Origin: a virus
Lineage: Duplodnaviria; Caudoviricetes
Strand: one strand, 5' to 3'
IMG/VR virus record: IMGVR_UViG_3300007551_000004
Location: 400 to 64,399 of that record
Length of the DNA: 64,000 bases
Below are positions 27,407 through 37,064 of this stretch, piece after piece (position 1 is the stretch's first letter; the number at the start of each line of letters is the position of its first letter). The position numbers and the translations under genes were made by a program. Under the pieces are notes generated by a model. That model worked only from the letters and a program-made list of their open reading frames with translations. It had not been told where the DNA came from and ran no database searches.

Positions 27407-28558
27407 ATGAGTAAAACAACCCTTAATGAAACGATAAACAGAATTAAACAAAATTCTGGGATAATGGTATTTGAAGCCGATATTAATGAAATTGACTGGG
27501 AAAAAGATTTTAAAGATGTTTCTAAAAAATGTTTAAACCCTAGTGAATTGGCTAATTATTTAAATAAAGTTATTGATAATAGTCAGAAAAAATCAGCTGA
27601 CAAAGAAAAAATAGGTTTAGATAAACCAATAATTCACGCTAAAGCAATACCGTTCGATGAAGAAGGTGAGTTAGATATTAACGAATTCATTAGTAAGATA
27701 ACAGCAATGCCTAATGATATATTAAGTGTTAATGAAAAAATGCAAAAATCAAATGATGACGGAACTTATAACGTTAACATTGGTATACCAGCTTTAAGGG
27801 GTTTAGTTTATGATATAGATGAACAAAAATTTTATATCGTTAACACCTGTCCAGGTGCGGGTAGTTGTGCTATGGTTTGCTACGCAAGAAGAGGTAGTTA
27901 TATACAATATCCAGGTGTTTTTTTAAAACAAACTAAAGTACTTAACCTACTCTTAAATTACCCAGATAGATTTGAAAAAATTCTAATTCGTGAATTGGAG
28001 ACCACGCTGTTAAAAAACCCAGATAAACAAGTTAATTTTAGGTGGAATGATGCGGGTGATTTTTTTGCAACAAAATATTATGAGATTGCTGTTAGAATAA
28101 CCAACACTTTACTTAAAGATGGTTATAATATTAAATCATATGCCTACACAAAAATGGGTGAAATCGTTAATTTAGGTGACCCCAATTTCCTTATAAATTT
28201 CTCTAATGACGCAAATAAACGAGAAACTGAAAAAGTTAAAGATATTGATAATGCTAAGCAAGCCGTTATTGTACCAAAAGAGCTTTTTGATGATTTATTT
28301 ATGAAAGAAAAAGGGTCATATGCGGTAGATTCAAAAGGTAAACCCGTTTTTAAGGATGAGGACGGTGTTAATACATTAAAGACTAGATTGGCTAATGAAT
28401 ATAAAGTTGATGTTAAAACAATTTTAACATATGACGAACTATTAAGGACACCAGTTGGCAATGAAAAACAATATAATGTTGTTGTTATGCCAAAAGGTGA
28501 CGGTGATGTGGGTGCCCAAAGATCAGACGTTAAAATGTCTTTTCTATGTTTTCACTAA
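27407..28558 (+). CDS. GP88-like protein (Cys-cluster, radical-SAM-like)
   Basis: TCPGAGSCAMVCYARRG (CX5CX3C), FRWNDAGDF, YAYTK, INFS. Confidence 0.65.
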   Translation: MSKTTLNETINRIKQNSGIMVFEADINEIDWEKDFKDVSKKCLNPSELANYLNKVIDNSQKKSADKEKIGLDKPIIHAKAIPFDEEGELDINEFISKITAMPNDILSVNEKMQKSNDDGTYNVNIGIPALRGLVYDIDEQKFYIVNTCPGAGSCAMVCYARRGSYIQYPGVFLKQTKVLNLLLNYPDRFEKILIRELETTLLKNPDKQVNFRWNDAGDFFATKYYEIAVRITNTLLKDGYNIKSYAYTKMGEIVNLGDPNFLINFSNDANKRETEKVKDIDNAKQAVIVPKELFDDLFMKEKGSYAVDSKGKPVFKDEDGVNTLKTRLANEYKVDVKTILTYDELLRTPVGNEKQYNVVVMPKGDGDVGAQRSDVKMSFLCFH

Positions 28559-30331
28559 ATTACCAACAACCTCTTTAGCTACAGAAATCTCATCAATTTC
28601 ATCGGGACCATTATCTCCCATGATTTGACTTATAATCTTCATTTTCTTTTGTAAGGTATTATACATATGCATATCCAATGTATCAACAAATAATGGATAA
28701 ATAATATGTACTTGGCTTGTTTGACCAATTCTATGTGCCCTATCTTCCGCCTGCATATGGTTTGCTGGCGTCCAATCTAGGTCATTAAAAATTACAACGC
28801 TACCTTTGGTTAGTGTTAAACCAACACCAGCGGCAACAATATTACCAATGAATACTTTAACTTTATCATTATTTTGGAATTGGTCTACGGCATATTGTCT
28901 TTTATCTTTTGATGTTGATCCGTCTACAACGACAGCTTTATTGCCAAAATGAGCAACTAACTCTTTAACCGTATTAGTGAAACAAGTAAAAATAATTACC
29001 TTTTCTTCGTTTTCAATCATTTCTTCAGCTAATTCAATCGTATGAGGTAATTTATCATAAGATAATAATTGCCTAACCTTAATTAATTTAGTTAAGTGGT
29101 CAGTAATTGTTGGTTTTTCACCAGCAGACTCCATTTCCTCTATCCAAGCTTCATATTCAGCAATATATGCGTTGTATGTTGTTGAAAATTCTAGTGGTAA
29201 ATAAACAGGTTTGATTGTTTTTTGTGGTAGATCAATTGAATCGTTTTTGGTTCTTCTCAATATAACATCAGCAGAATATTCTCTGAGTTCATCTAAATTA
29301 GATGAACCAGAACAAACCCAATATTTTTGTTTAGTACCTTTTCGGTTGAATTGTCTACCAGCACAATACCTTTTAACATAACCAACCCAATTAGCCGCAA
29401 CTGGTGAGTCACACATGTATAATAAATTATAAAAATCTATTGGTTTATTAGTAATCGGTGTCCCCGTTAAAAACCATCTAACTGGTATTTTACTAGCAAA
29501 ATCATTAAATATTTTGGTCCTATTTGATGTTGCGTTTTTAAGGTAGTGCGCCTCGTCAACAATAACCAAATCAAATTTGTGGTAATCTATTGGTGATACT
29601 GGTAGGTCGGAAACTTTAACACCACGTCTTGGTAGGTGGTGGAAATTTTTAAGAATGTCGTAATTAACAATTGTCCATTTTTTTACTGTTAGGTTACTAC
29701 CGTCAACAACACTAACATTATCAACAGAATCATAATTAGAAATTTCTATTCTCCAATTTAATTTTAATGATGCTGGACATACAACTAATATTTTTTTAAA
29801 ATCACCTTCCATTGCAGCGATGATAGCTGAGGTCGTTTTACCCAAACCCATTTCATCCGCTAAAATAAATTTATCGTTCGTTAAAAGTTTTTTAATAGCT
29901 TCTATTTGATGGGGTTTTGGTGGCCTATCATATTTTAATAAATCAATTTCTGGTTCTAGTTTTTTAGCCTTTATACAATCTTTGTTTATATAAAAGCTAT
30001 AATATTCGTCACAACCATCAACAAAACACCCAAAGACGTGTAAAAAGTTTTCTTTTCTACTCAATAATTTATTGATAAAAACTTTATCTGGTATGAAATC
30101 CAATTTTAATTGTTCAGCGACAAACGCCCTACAAGGTGCGCTTATATCAAACATTTTATTAACAACAACTGGCTCAACATAAGCATTCTTAACGATATAA
30201 TCGCTCTGGTTTTTTGTTGGTATAAACCTTTTGTTTGTTTTATAATTGCTTAAAATATTTAAAATATAGTCGTTAGACCCTTTATAAATTTTTAATATAT
30301 CTAAAGCCCTTTTTTCTATGGGAAGCTCCAT
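28544..30331 (-). CDS. SNF2-family (SF2) helicase/translocase
   Basis: ILADEMGLGKT, LVVCPASLK, IVDEAHYLKN, LTGTPITN, AAGVGLTLT, WTPANHMQAEDRAHRIGQ. Confidence 0.95.
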   Translation of the reverse strand: MELPIEKRALDILKIYKGSNDYILNILSNYKTNKRFIPTKNQSDYIVKNAYVEPVVVNKMFDISAPCRAFVAEQLKLDFIPDKVFINKLLSRKENFLHVFGCFVDGCDEYYSFYINKDCIKAKKLEPEIDLLKYDRPPKPHQIEAIKKLLTNDKFILADEMGLGKTTSAIIAAMEGDFKKILVVCPASLKLNWRIEISNYDSVDNVSVVDGSNLTVKKWTIVNYDILKNFHHLPRRGVKVSDLPVSPIDYHKFDLVIVDEAHYLKNATSNRTKIFNDFASKIPVRWFLTGTPITNKPIDFYNLLYMCDSPVAANWVGYVKRYCAGRQFNRKGTKQKYWVCSGSSNLDELREYSADVILRRTKNDSIDLPQKTIKPVYLPLEFSTTYNAYIAEYEAWIEEMESAGEKPTITDHLTKLIKVRQLLSYDKLPHTIELAEEMIENEEKVIIFTCFTNTVKELVAHFGNKAVVVDGSTSKDKRQYAVDQFQNNDKVKVFIGNIVAAGVGLTLTKGSVVIFNDLDWTPANHMQAEDRAHRIGQTSQVHIIYPLFVDTLDMHMYNTLQKKMKIISQIMGDNGPDEIDEISVAKEVVGNLVKT

Positions 30332-30368
30332 TATCGTATCTTAATTACTCTTTTATTATTATTCCATA

Positions 30369-30397
30369 ATAATAACAAATTTTGACTAGAAAGTCAA
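30369..30397 (-). promoter_or_regulatory. sigma70-like promoter TTGACT-N17-TATTAT
   Basis: Minus strand, upstream of the helicase. The -35 box is one arm of a TTGACT-AGAA-AGTCAA palindrome. Confidence 0.5.
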
Positions 30398-30415
30398 CTC
30401 ACTAATAAATCAAAC

Positions 30416-30422
30416 TATTTAT
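30416..30422 (+). promoter_or_regulatory. TATTTAT putative late-promoter motif
   Basis: 12 nt upstream of ATG 30435. Confidence 0.55.
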
Positions 30423-30434
30423 ATAAAAAGAATA

Positions 30435-30956
30435 ATGGAAAGAAAAACTAGGATACCGAATACGAGGTTAAATAGGTTCTATGACGAAGAAGATTTTAGG
30501 TTGGAGTTAGATATGGCCACCGAATTAATCGAAGGTGATATGAACTTTACAGTAGTTCTTTTTAGGATTGATAGAGTAAATACGCAGGTTGATGACGTTT
30601 ACTGGGAAAGTAATCCTAGGGATATTAGATTTAAAGCACCAGTTGAATTAAAGGTAATTCTAAATTTAGCTAACGGTGAAAACAAATCTTACTCACCAAA
30701 TGGTAATTTAAGGTATCAAGATTATGGTAATTTAGAGTTTACTGTCTTACAAAAGCAGTTAGATGAGAAAGGTGTTGAGATAGGTTATGGTGATATTGTT
30801 GGTTATTCTGACAGGGAAAATAACTTTAAATACTTTAGTGTTTTTGATGACGACACGATAAATACCGATAACCCTAGTACGCAATATGGTTACTCTGGTT
30901 ATTTCAGAAGAATAAAATGTACAAACGTTGACCCTAACGTATTTAATGGTGTATAA
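30435..30956 (+). CDS. Head-closure/neck protein, T4 gp14-like
   Basis: RFYDEEDF.LE...ELI....V.LFRID...YWE pattern; position before the tail terminator and sheath. Confidence 0.6.
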   Translation: MERKTRIPNTRLNRFYDEEDFRLELDMATELIEGDMNFTVVLFRIDRVNTQVDDVYWESNPRDIRFKAPVELKVILNLANGENKSYSPNGNLRYQDYGNLEFTVLQKQLDEKGVEIGYGDIVGYSDRENNFKYFSVFDDDTINTDNPSTQYGYSGYFRRIKCTNVDPNVFNGV

Positions 30957-30958
30957 AA

Positions 30959-31726
30959 ATGGCATTACCTGGTTCTTTTAAGAAAAAAATCAATATCACG
31001 AGAGAGCGTGCTAATATTGAGTACCCATATTCTATGCAGAGTGGTGCGGCTGAGAATATGAAGGATATGATAACGGACAAAGATACTTTCCTTCCTCAGG
31101 GTGTGTTACATATCGATCTAGATCGTGGTTTTAAAGAGTTCGTTAAAAACAATCTACAATTAACCCTAGATGGTCAAGAAGTACCTGTTTTTATGATGGG
31201 GATACAAAAATGGAACGAGTTTTCACAGACTTGGAAATTTTCAGATGAATATAAAAACGTTAAGATACCTTTTGTTAATATCGTTAGAAACCCAGATACA
31301 AAATATGGTACGAACCCGTCTTTAATATATAACATACCAACTGGTAGACACTACACCTATGCTGAAGTACCTACTTGGGACGGTAATAAAAAGGGCGTTG
31401 ATATTTACCAAATACCTCAACCGATACCTGTTGACATTAACTATCAGGTTAGGATTTTCGCTTATAGGCAAGAAGATCTAAATAAGTTTAATTCTTTAGT
31501 ACTTAAAAACTTTCAGAGTAGACAGGCTTATACGATAGTAAATGGTCATTATATTCCGATAGTTTTAGAAGACACATCCGATGAAAGTCAAGTAACTGAT
31601 TTAACGAATAAAAGGTTTTACATACAACTGTACACATTTAATCTACAAGGTTTTATTTTGGACCCCAACGATTTTATAGTAACTCCAGCGATAAGTAGAA
31701 CATTAACAATAACAGAAAATGGATAA
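30959..31726 (+). CDS. Tail terminator / sheath stabiliser, T4 gp15-like
   Basis: IPQPIPVDINYQVRI...DLNKF, F.LQGFIL; immediately precedes the sheath. Confidence 0.65.
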   Translation: MALPGSFKKKINITRERANIEYPYSMQSGAAENMKDMITDKDTFLPQGVLHIDLDRGFKEFVKNNLQLTLDGQEVPVFMMGIQKWNEFSQTWKFSDEYKNVKIPFVNIVRNPDTKYGTNPSLIYNIPTGRHYTYAEVPTWDGNKKGVDIYQIPQPIPVDINYQVRIFAYRQEDLNKFNSLVLKNFQSRQAYTIVNGHYIPIVLEDTSDESQVTDLTNKRFYIQLYTFNLQGFILDPNDFIVTPAISRTLTITENG

Positions 31727-31786
31727 TAATAATAAAATATTTTTTAAAATGAATCGATCATAATGGTTTTTTGGTAAAAAATATAA

Positions 31787-31793
31787 TATTTAT
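31787..31793 (+). promoter_or_regulatory. TATTTAT putative late-promoter motif
   Basis: 39 nt upstream of the sheath ATG. Confidence 0.5.
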
Positions 31794-31832
31794 CAGTAAG
31801 TAAAATTAATAATAAACAAAAATTAAATAGAT

Positions 31833-34800
31833 ATGGCAAACAAAGTTTATGCATCTCCAGGTGTTTACACGACTGAAAAAGACCTAACATTCACAACTGA
31901 AACAGTTGGTGTTACTACGTTAGGTGTAGTTGGTGAAACGTTAAAAGGCCCAGCCTTCCAACCAATTTTCGTTAGAAATTTTGACGAATATAAAACTATA
32001 TTTGGTGGAACTAGTCCTGAAAAATTTAAAAATACTCAAATTGTAAAGTATGAATTACCTTACATTGCTAAGCAGTATTTAACACAATCAAATCAATTAT
32101 ACGTAACAAGGCTTCTTGGTTTATCAGGGTACGACTCTGGTATGTCATGGGTTGTTAGAACATTGGGTGCTTGTGATGAAAGTACATTATCACATACAGG
32201 TATTACTGAACAAGAATTTGAATTTAGCTTTAATACAGCTACAAATCAATTCTATGTTGCTGGTAATGTTTCGTTGATTAATCATTTATCACAATTAACT
32301 GGTGTTAATGCTAATGAATTTGATGGTGCATTTAACACCTTCTTCACAACTATCGGTGGTTATACAAACGCTCCTTTCTACGATAAGAAGCATGCGATGT
32401 ATTGGGGTTTATTGACCAATGATATTGATACCGCATTAGTTAATGATGCAACATCTATAAACATCTTTACACCAAGTTATGTTGATGCTTATGAGTTGCC
32501 TGTAACGGTTCCAGCTAACGATAGAGATGCGTATGTGTTAAATAATGAATTAATTTATGATAGCACAACACAAACTTACTCTGGACCTAGTTTTGCTTTA
32601 TTCTGTCATAGTTTTACTGGTGTTAATGCTACCGTTATTAAGGGTACATTAAAATTGTATACGGTTACTTTAAATTGTAATCCATATACTGAAGGTCATA
32701 ATAAAACTATCGCTACAATTAAGAGTAGAGGTGGTTATGTTTCTGACATTTTGAAGTATAACACGGCTTCTTTGGGTATGATTGCCCCAGCTAATTTAAC
32801 AAGTGACCCATATGTTTCATTTGATTTAACTGGTACAACCGCTAACCCAACAGGTGGAACTTTTTCATACACCGTTTCATTAAATAAAACAAATTCTAAC
32901 TACATTAAAAAAGTAATTGGATCTACTTTAACAGATAAAGATTCACATATTTATGCTGAAGAAGTTTACGACCAAACTTTAGCTGATGGTTGGTATAAAG
33001 GAAAAATCAAAGGTTTGTACACCGAATTAGTTGGTGTTAACAACTGGGATCACTACAAATTCCAATATCAATCACCTGTTACTCCTTTTATTGTATCAGA
33101 ATTAAGAGGTGGTGTGCCGCAAAGATTGTTTAGATTAATTTCTATTTCAGACGGTACTAACGCTAACTACGAAATAAAGACTTCAATCGCCAATGTTGAT
33201 CTATCTAAGAAGACATTTGATATTTACATCAGATCTTTCTCAGATACAGATAAAAACCCAGTTATTATCGAAAGATTTGTTGATTGTACAATGGATGAAA
33301 CTTTAGATAACTACGTTGGTAGAAAAATAGGTACTATCGACAACAAATACCCTCTTAAGAGTGCTTATGTTGTATTAGAACCAGCTATCAATGCACCTAA
33401 AGATGCTATTCCTGCTGGTTTCGAAGGTTATGAGTTCAGAACTAACGGTGAAACTGATTATACAGAAACAGCTGTCCCTGAAATGCCTTACAAAACTAAA
33501 TATTTTGCGCCTGGTGATGTTATTTATAACCCACCATTTGCTAACCCAGTCATCTCAAACGGTGATAAAGTAAACAAAAACTATTTAGGTTTCTCAAGCC
33601 AATTTGGTTTTGATAAAGACTTGTTATTGTTTAAAGGTAAAGTTAGTATTTTAGGTGATAACGCTTACAACACTGGTGATGATTACTTCACTAAAACTAA
33701 AGGCTTCCACATGGATATTAACGCTTCAGCGTTGGTTGATTCTGTGACTGGAGAACAAGTTTTCTCAACTGGTGTGGCTTCATTTAATGATGCAACAACT
33801 GTTGATGGTACTGCGACTCACCCGTATAACAACATGAGAACAAGAAAATTCACTTTATTATTTGCAGGTGGTTTTGATGGTTGGGACGAGTTTAGATTAA
33901 ACAGAACTAATACTGATGAGTATAAGATAGGTAGAACTGGTTTCGTTGCTTCACAATTTGATACTTTCACAAATGTTGAGTACGCTGAATTGTTTGGTAC
34001 TTCCGACTACTATGCTTACTTATATGGTATTAGAACATACCAAAACCCTGAAGAAACACCAATTAATATCTTAGCTACCCCTGGTATTGACGTATTAAAC
34101 AATACAGACTTGGTTAGAGATGCAATTGAGGTTGTTGAGGAGAAAAGATTGGATGCTATTTACTTACCTACATTACCTGATATTAAGTTGTTAAACAATA
34201 ACAACCCTTCAGATACTGAAAGTTGGTATTATGCTGAAGATATCGTTGATGAGTTAGAAAACACTGAAATCGATTCAAACTATACAGCGGTATACTATCC
34301 ATGGATTCAAATCACTGATACCGAAAATAATGCAAACTTGTTTATTCCACCTACAGCTGAAGTTGTTAGAAATATGGCTTATACAGATAACGTAGCATTC
34401 CCTTGGTTCGCAACCGCAGGTTACAATAGAGGTTTGGTTAAATGTAATAGAGCACGTATCGTTCTTGATCAAGAAGCTAGAGATATTTTATATCCAGGTA
34501 GAATTAACCCATTAGCGACTTATTCAGACGTTGGTGTTGTTATCTGGGGTAATAGAAACTTACAAGTTAGATCTAGTGCTCTTGATAGATTAAACATCAG
34601 AAGATTGTTGTTACAAGCTAGAAGATTGATTATGTCTGTATCAAAAAGATTATTATTTGATCCAAATGATACGACAGTTAGAAATCAATTCTTGTCATTG
34701 GTTAACCCAATCTTGGATAACATTAGAAAAGAAAGAGGTTTAACAGACTTCAGAGTTAGTGTTGCAATGGACGTTGAGGATAATGATAGAAATACTTTGA

Positions 34801-34895
34801 GAGGTAAAATCTTCATTAAACCAACACCAACATTGGAATTCATCGAACTTGAATTCGTTGTTACACCGCAAAACGTTTCTTTCGATAACATTTAA
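31833..34895 (+). CDS. Contractile tail sheath protein (1020 aa, with insertions)
   Basis: ASPGVYTTEKDL, LKGPAF, YYPW, PWFATAGYNRG, INPLA, WGNR.LQ, LDRLNIRRLL, FDPND, IELEF. Confidence 0.96.
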   Translation: MANKVYASPGVYTTEKDLTFTTETVGVTTLGVVGETLKGPAFQPIFVRNFDEYKTIFGGTSPEKFKNTQIVKYELPYIAKQYLTQSNQLYVTRLLGLSGYDSGMSWVVRTLGACDESTLSHTGITEQEFEFSFNTATNQFYVAGNVSLINHLSQLTGVNANEFDGAFNTFFTTIGGYTNAPFYDKKHAMYWGLLTNDIDTALVNDATSINIFTPSYVDAYELPVTVPANDRDAYVLNNELIYDSTTQTYSGPSFALFCHSFTGVNATVIKGTLKLYTVTLNCNPYTEGHNKTIATIKSRGGYVSDILKYNTASLGMIAPANLTSDPYVSFDLTGTTANPTGGTFSYTVSLNKTNSNYIKKVIGSTLTDKDSHIYAEEVYDQTLADGWYKGKIKGLYTELVGVNNWDHYKFQYQSPVTPFIVSELRGGVPQRLFRLISISDGTNANYEIKTSIANVDLSKKTFDIYIRSFSDTDKNPVIIERFVDCTMDETLDNYVGRKIGTIDNKYPLKSAYVVLEPAINAPKDAIPAGFEGYEFRTNGETDYTETAVPEMPYKTKYFAPGDVIYNPPFANPVISNGDKVNKNYLGFSSQFGFDKDLLLFKGKVSILGDNAYNTGDDYFTKTKGFHMDINASALVDSVTGEQVFSTGVASFNDATTVDGTATHPYNNMRTRKFTLLFAGGFDGWDEFRLNRTNTDEYKIGRTGFVASQFDTFTNVEYAELFGTSDYYAYLYGIRTYQNPEETPINILATPGIDVLNNTDLVRDAIEVVEEKRLDAIYLPTLPDIKLLNNNNPSDTESWYYAEDIVDELENTEIDSNYTAVYYPWIQITDTENNANLFIPPTAEVVRNMAYTDNVAFPWFATAGYNRGLVKCNRARIVLDQEARDILYPGRINPLATYSDVGVVIWGNRNLQVRSSALDRLNIRRLLLQARRLIMSVSKRLLFDPNDTTVRNQFLSLVNPILDNIRKERGLTDFRVSVAMDVEDNDRNTLRGKIFIKPTPTLEFIELEFVVTPQNVSFDNI

Positions 34896-34902
34896 TAAGT
34901 TT

Positions 34903-34932
34903 AGGGGGTACGAAGGTATCCCCTTTATTTCT
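34903..34932 (+). terminator. Rho-independent terminator after the sheath
   Basis: AGGGGGTAC-GAAG-GTATCCCCT (9-bp stem, one G-U) followed by TTATTTCT. Confidence 0.75.
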
Positions 34933-35012
34933 TTTCCATAGCTTAAAAAGCACCAACGGTAATTGAGATACTAATTAATAAAAAAGAAAGTAACAAAGAA
35001 AAAATAAATTAG

Positions 35013-35077
35013 AGTACTATTTATAATAGAGTACATAATATATGAAATTATATATAGTACTATTTATAATAGAGTAC
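35013..35077. repeat. 22-bp perfect direct repeat x2 (AGTACTATTTATAATAGAGTAC), quasi-palindromic
   Basis: Copies at 35013-35034 and 35056-35077. Each contains TATTTATA flanked by GTACT/AGTAC inverted arms. Confidence 0.85.
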
Positions 35078-35175
35078 TTTGGTTAAGACCCTTAACAAAA
35101 ATAAGGTTTGAAAATCAAAAAGTCAAGTTTTTTGAAAAAAATTTTTAAAAAAGTGTATAATTCGAAAAACAAAGA

Positions 35176-35182
35176 TATTTAT
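35176..35182 (+). promoter_or_regulatory. TATTTAT putative late-promoter motif
   Basis: 34 nt upstream of the tube ATG. Confidence 0.55.
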
Positions 35183-35216
35183 ATTAAACAATAAAACAAA
35201 TTAAATAGACAACAAT

Positions 35217-35705
35217 ATGGCTAACTTATTAATGAAAATGCCCGTTCCTTACGAACCAAAGAAAAAGAACAGGTTTATTTTGAGATTCCCAAGTTCACTA
35301 GGTATTAACGAGTGGTTCGTAATATCTACTTCAAGACCAAAGGTAACAATAAACGAAGTTGAAATTCCTTTCTTAAATACTTCAACATATGTTGCTGGTA
35401 GATTTAACTGGGAATCAATTGATGTTACATTCAAAGACCCTATCGGTCCTTCAGCTTCACAAGCATTGATGGAGTGGGTTCGTTTACACGCTGAATCAGT
35501 AACAGGTAGAATGGGTTATGCCGCAGGTTATAAAAAAGATATTGAATTAGAAATGTTAGATCCGACAGGTGTTGTTGTTGAAAAATGGATTCTTCAAGGA
35601 ACCTTCTTGACAAATGTTGACTTTGGATCATTGGAATATAGTGATGATGAAATCGCTGACATTACAGCTACATTAAGAATGGACCGTTGTATCTTGGTTT
35701 ATTAA
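35217..35705 (+). CDS. Tail tube protein, T4 gp19-like
   Basis: YEPKKKNRF, VAGRFNWESI.VTF.DPI, YKKDI.LEMLDPTG.VVEKW.L.G.F...VDFG.L.YS...I..I...L..D. Confidence 0.93.
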   Translation: MANLLMKMPVPYEPKKKNRFILRFPSSLGINEWFVISTSRPKVTINEVEIPFLNTSTYVAGRFNWESIDVTFKDPIGPSASQALMEWVRLHAESVTGRMGYAAGYKKDIELEMLDPTGVVVEKWILQGTFLTNVDFGSLEYSDDEIADITATLRMDRCILVY

Positions 35706-35734
35706 GAATTATATTATCAATTCAAAATTCATTT

Positions 35735-35764
35735 GGGGGACGCTTTGCGACCCCCTTTTTTTTT
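35735..35764. terminator. Terminator between the convergent tube and endonuclease genes
   Basis: GGGGGACGC-TTT-GCGACCCCC followed by T9. Confidence 0.75.
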
Positions 35765-36161
35765 AACCTTTAATTATACCATATTTCTCAATAAACTTGT
35801 TAACTCGTTCAACAACTAAATTTGTTTTATCCATTTCATGTTCCCAAATAACCAATAAATTATAGGTCCTATCAAACTTAACTAGTTTGACTTTGTATTG
35901 GTCATTCCTTAAATTGGCTCTCTGGAATGCATATTTTGCTTCTGGCGAATGTTTTTTACAACAGTGGTAGAAACACCCATGAGTTTCAATTAAGACGTTG
36001 TAATCAACTAAAAGAAAGTCGAACTCTCTTTTCTTAAAAACAAAATGTCTTTCAAAGTTTATATTTTCTTGCTCAAGTAGTTCAGCGAACGAATCTTCTA
36101 ATTTTGAAGTACCATTCATCTTTTTAACCATTTTAGCGAATTTACCTTTCTTTTTGGCCAT
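35763..36161 (-). CDS. Vsr/DUF559-like PD-(D/E)xK endonuclease
   Basis: SKLE..F, EFDF, LIETHGCFYH, NDQYK, LLVIWEHE. Confidence 0.8.
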   Translation of the reverse strand: MAKKKGKFAKMVKKMNGTSKLEDSFAELLEQENINFERHFVFKKREFDFLLVDYNVLIETHGCFYHCCKKHSPEAKYAFQRANLRNDQYKVKLVKFDRTYNLLVIWEHEMDKTNLVVERVNKFIEKYGIIKG

Positions 36162-36295
36162 AATATTCTATTATTATAATAATTAGTTGTAAACTACCCT
36201 TTTACCGTCAAATTGATATTAAAAGGTAAAAAAAATAAAAAATACCGTTTACACTATTTAATATTAGACTATAATTAATTTAAAATTAAAATACT

Positions 36296-37051
36296 ATGGA
36301 AAATCAACAGGTTTATTTTGAACCACCGCACGATGTTATTCCGCTTCCATCAGGTGGCAGATTTTACAAAAATAAAAAAGACACAATTAAAGTAGCTTAT
36401 ATGACGGCTGCTGACGAAAACATTCTAACTTCACCAAACTTACTACAAAGCGGTAAAGTCCTTGACGTTTTATTGGAAAAGAAAATTTTAGATAAAGACA
36501 TCAAAGCTGGGCAATTATTACCAGGTGATAGAAATGCTATTATTTTCTTTTTAAGATCAACTGGTTATGGTGAGATTTATCCAGTGGAGTTAACAGACCC
36601 TAAAACAGGTGATAAATTTATTGAGGAAATTGACATTAGCCAATTACCAATAAAAGAAAATACTTTAACACCAGATGAAAATGCTGAATGTTCATTTGTT
36701 TTACCAAGATCTAAAAAAACTGTTAAATTTAAATATTTAACTGCTGAAGAGGATGAGAAGTTGATTAGAGAAGATCAAGCCAGAACAAAAAAATTGGGTT
36801 CTAGCGCTATTAGTCAAATTATGACATTGCGTTTACAAAACCAAATTGTGGAAGTTGACGGCATTCGAGATAAAAACGCAATCGTTCAATTCGTTGAGAG
36901 TATGTCACCAATGGACTCAGCTGAGTTCAGAAAACATCTTTTCGACAACGAACCTGGTTTAGATTTGACCATTAATGTCCAAGCTCCAAGTGGAGAGTTT
37001 TTTTTTGGTGAACTTCCCATTACATCCAAATTTCTTTGGCCTTACGTCTGA
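36296..37051 (+). CDS. Tail/baseplate-hub assembly chaperone, T4 gp26-like
   Basis: IPLPSGG.FY, YMTAADENILTSPNL, LLPGDRNAI...LR..GYG, KFKYLT, PGLDL; lies between the tube and tape-measure genes. Confidence 0.75.
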   Translation: MENQQVYFEPPHDVIPLPSGGRFYKNKKDTIKVAYMTAADENILTSPNLLQSGKVLDVLLEKKILDKDIKAGQLLPGDRNAIIFFLRSTGYGEIYPVELTDPKTGDKFIEEIDISQLPIKENTLTPDENAECSFVLPRSKKTVKFKYLTAEEDEKLIREDQARTKKLGSSAISQIMTLRLQNQIVEVDGIRDKNAIVQFVESMSPMDSAEFRKHLFDNEPGLDLTINVQAPSGEFFFGELPITSKFLWPYV

Positions 37052-37064
37052 GTATAAACAACAA

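Noticed and set aside
31724-31735. Four tandem TAA stops
   Set aside because: Simple AT-rich TAA microsatellite; no evidence of function
35013-35077. CRISPR mini-array
   Set aside because: Only two 22-bp copies with a 21-bp spacer, and no cas gene; better explained as a regulatory duplication
34896-35216. tRNA or structured ncRNA in the largest intergenic gap
   Set aside because: No cloverleaf or T-loop; apart from the terminator and the 22-bp repeats the region is too A/T-rich for stable structure. A covariance-model search would be needed to exclude it fully.
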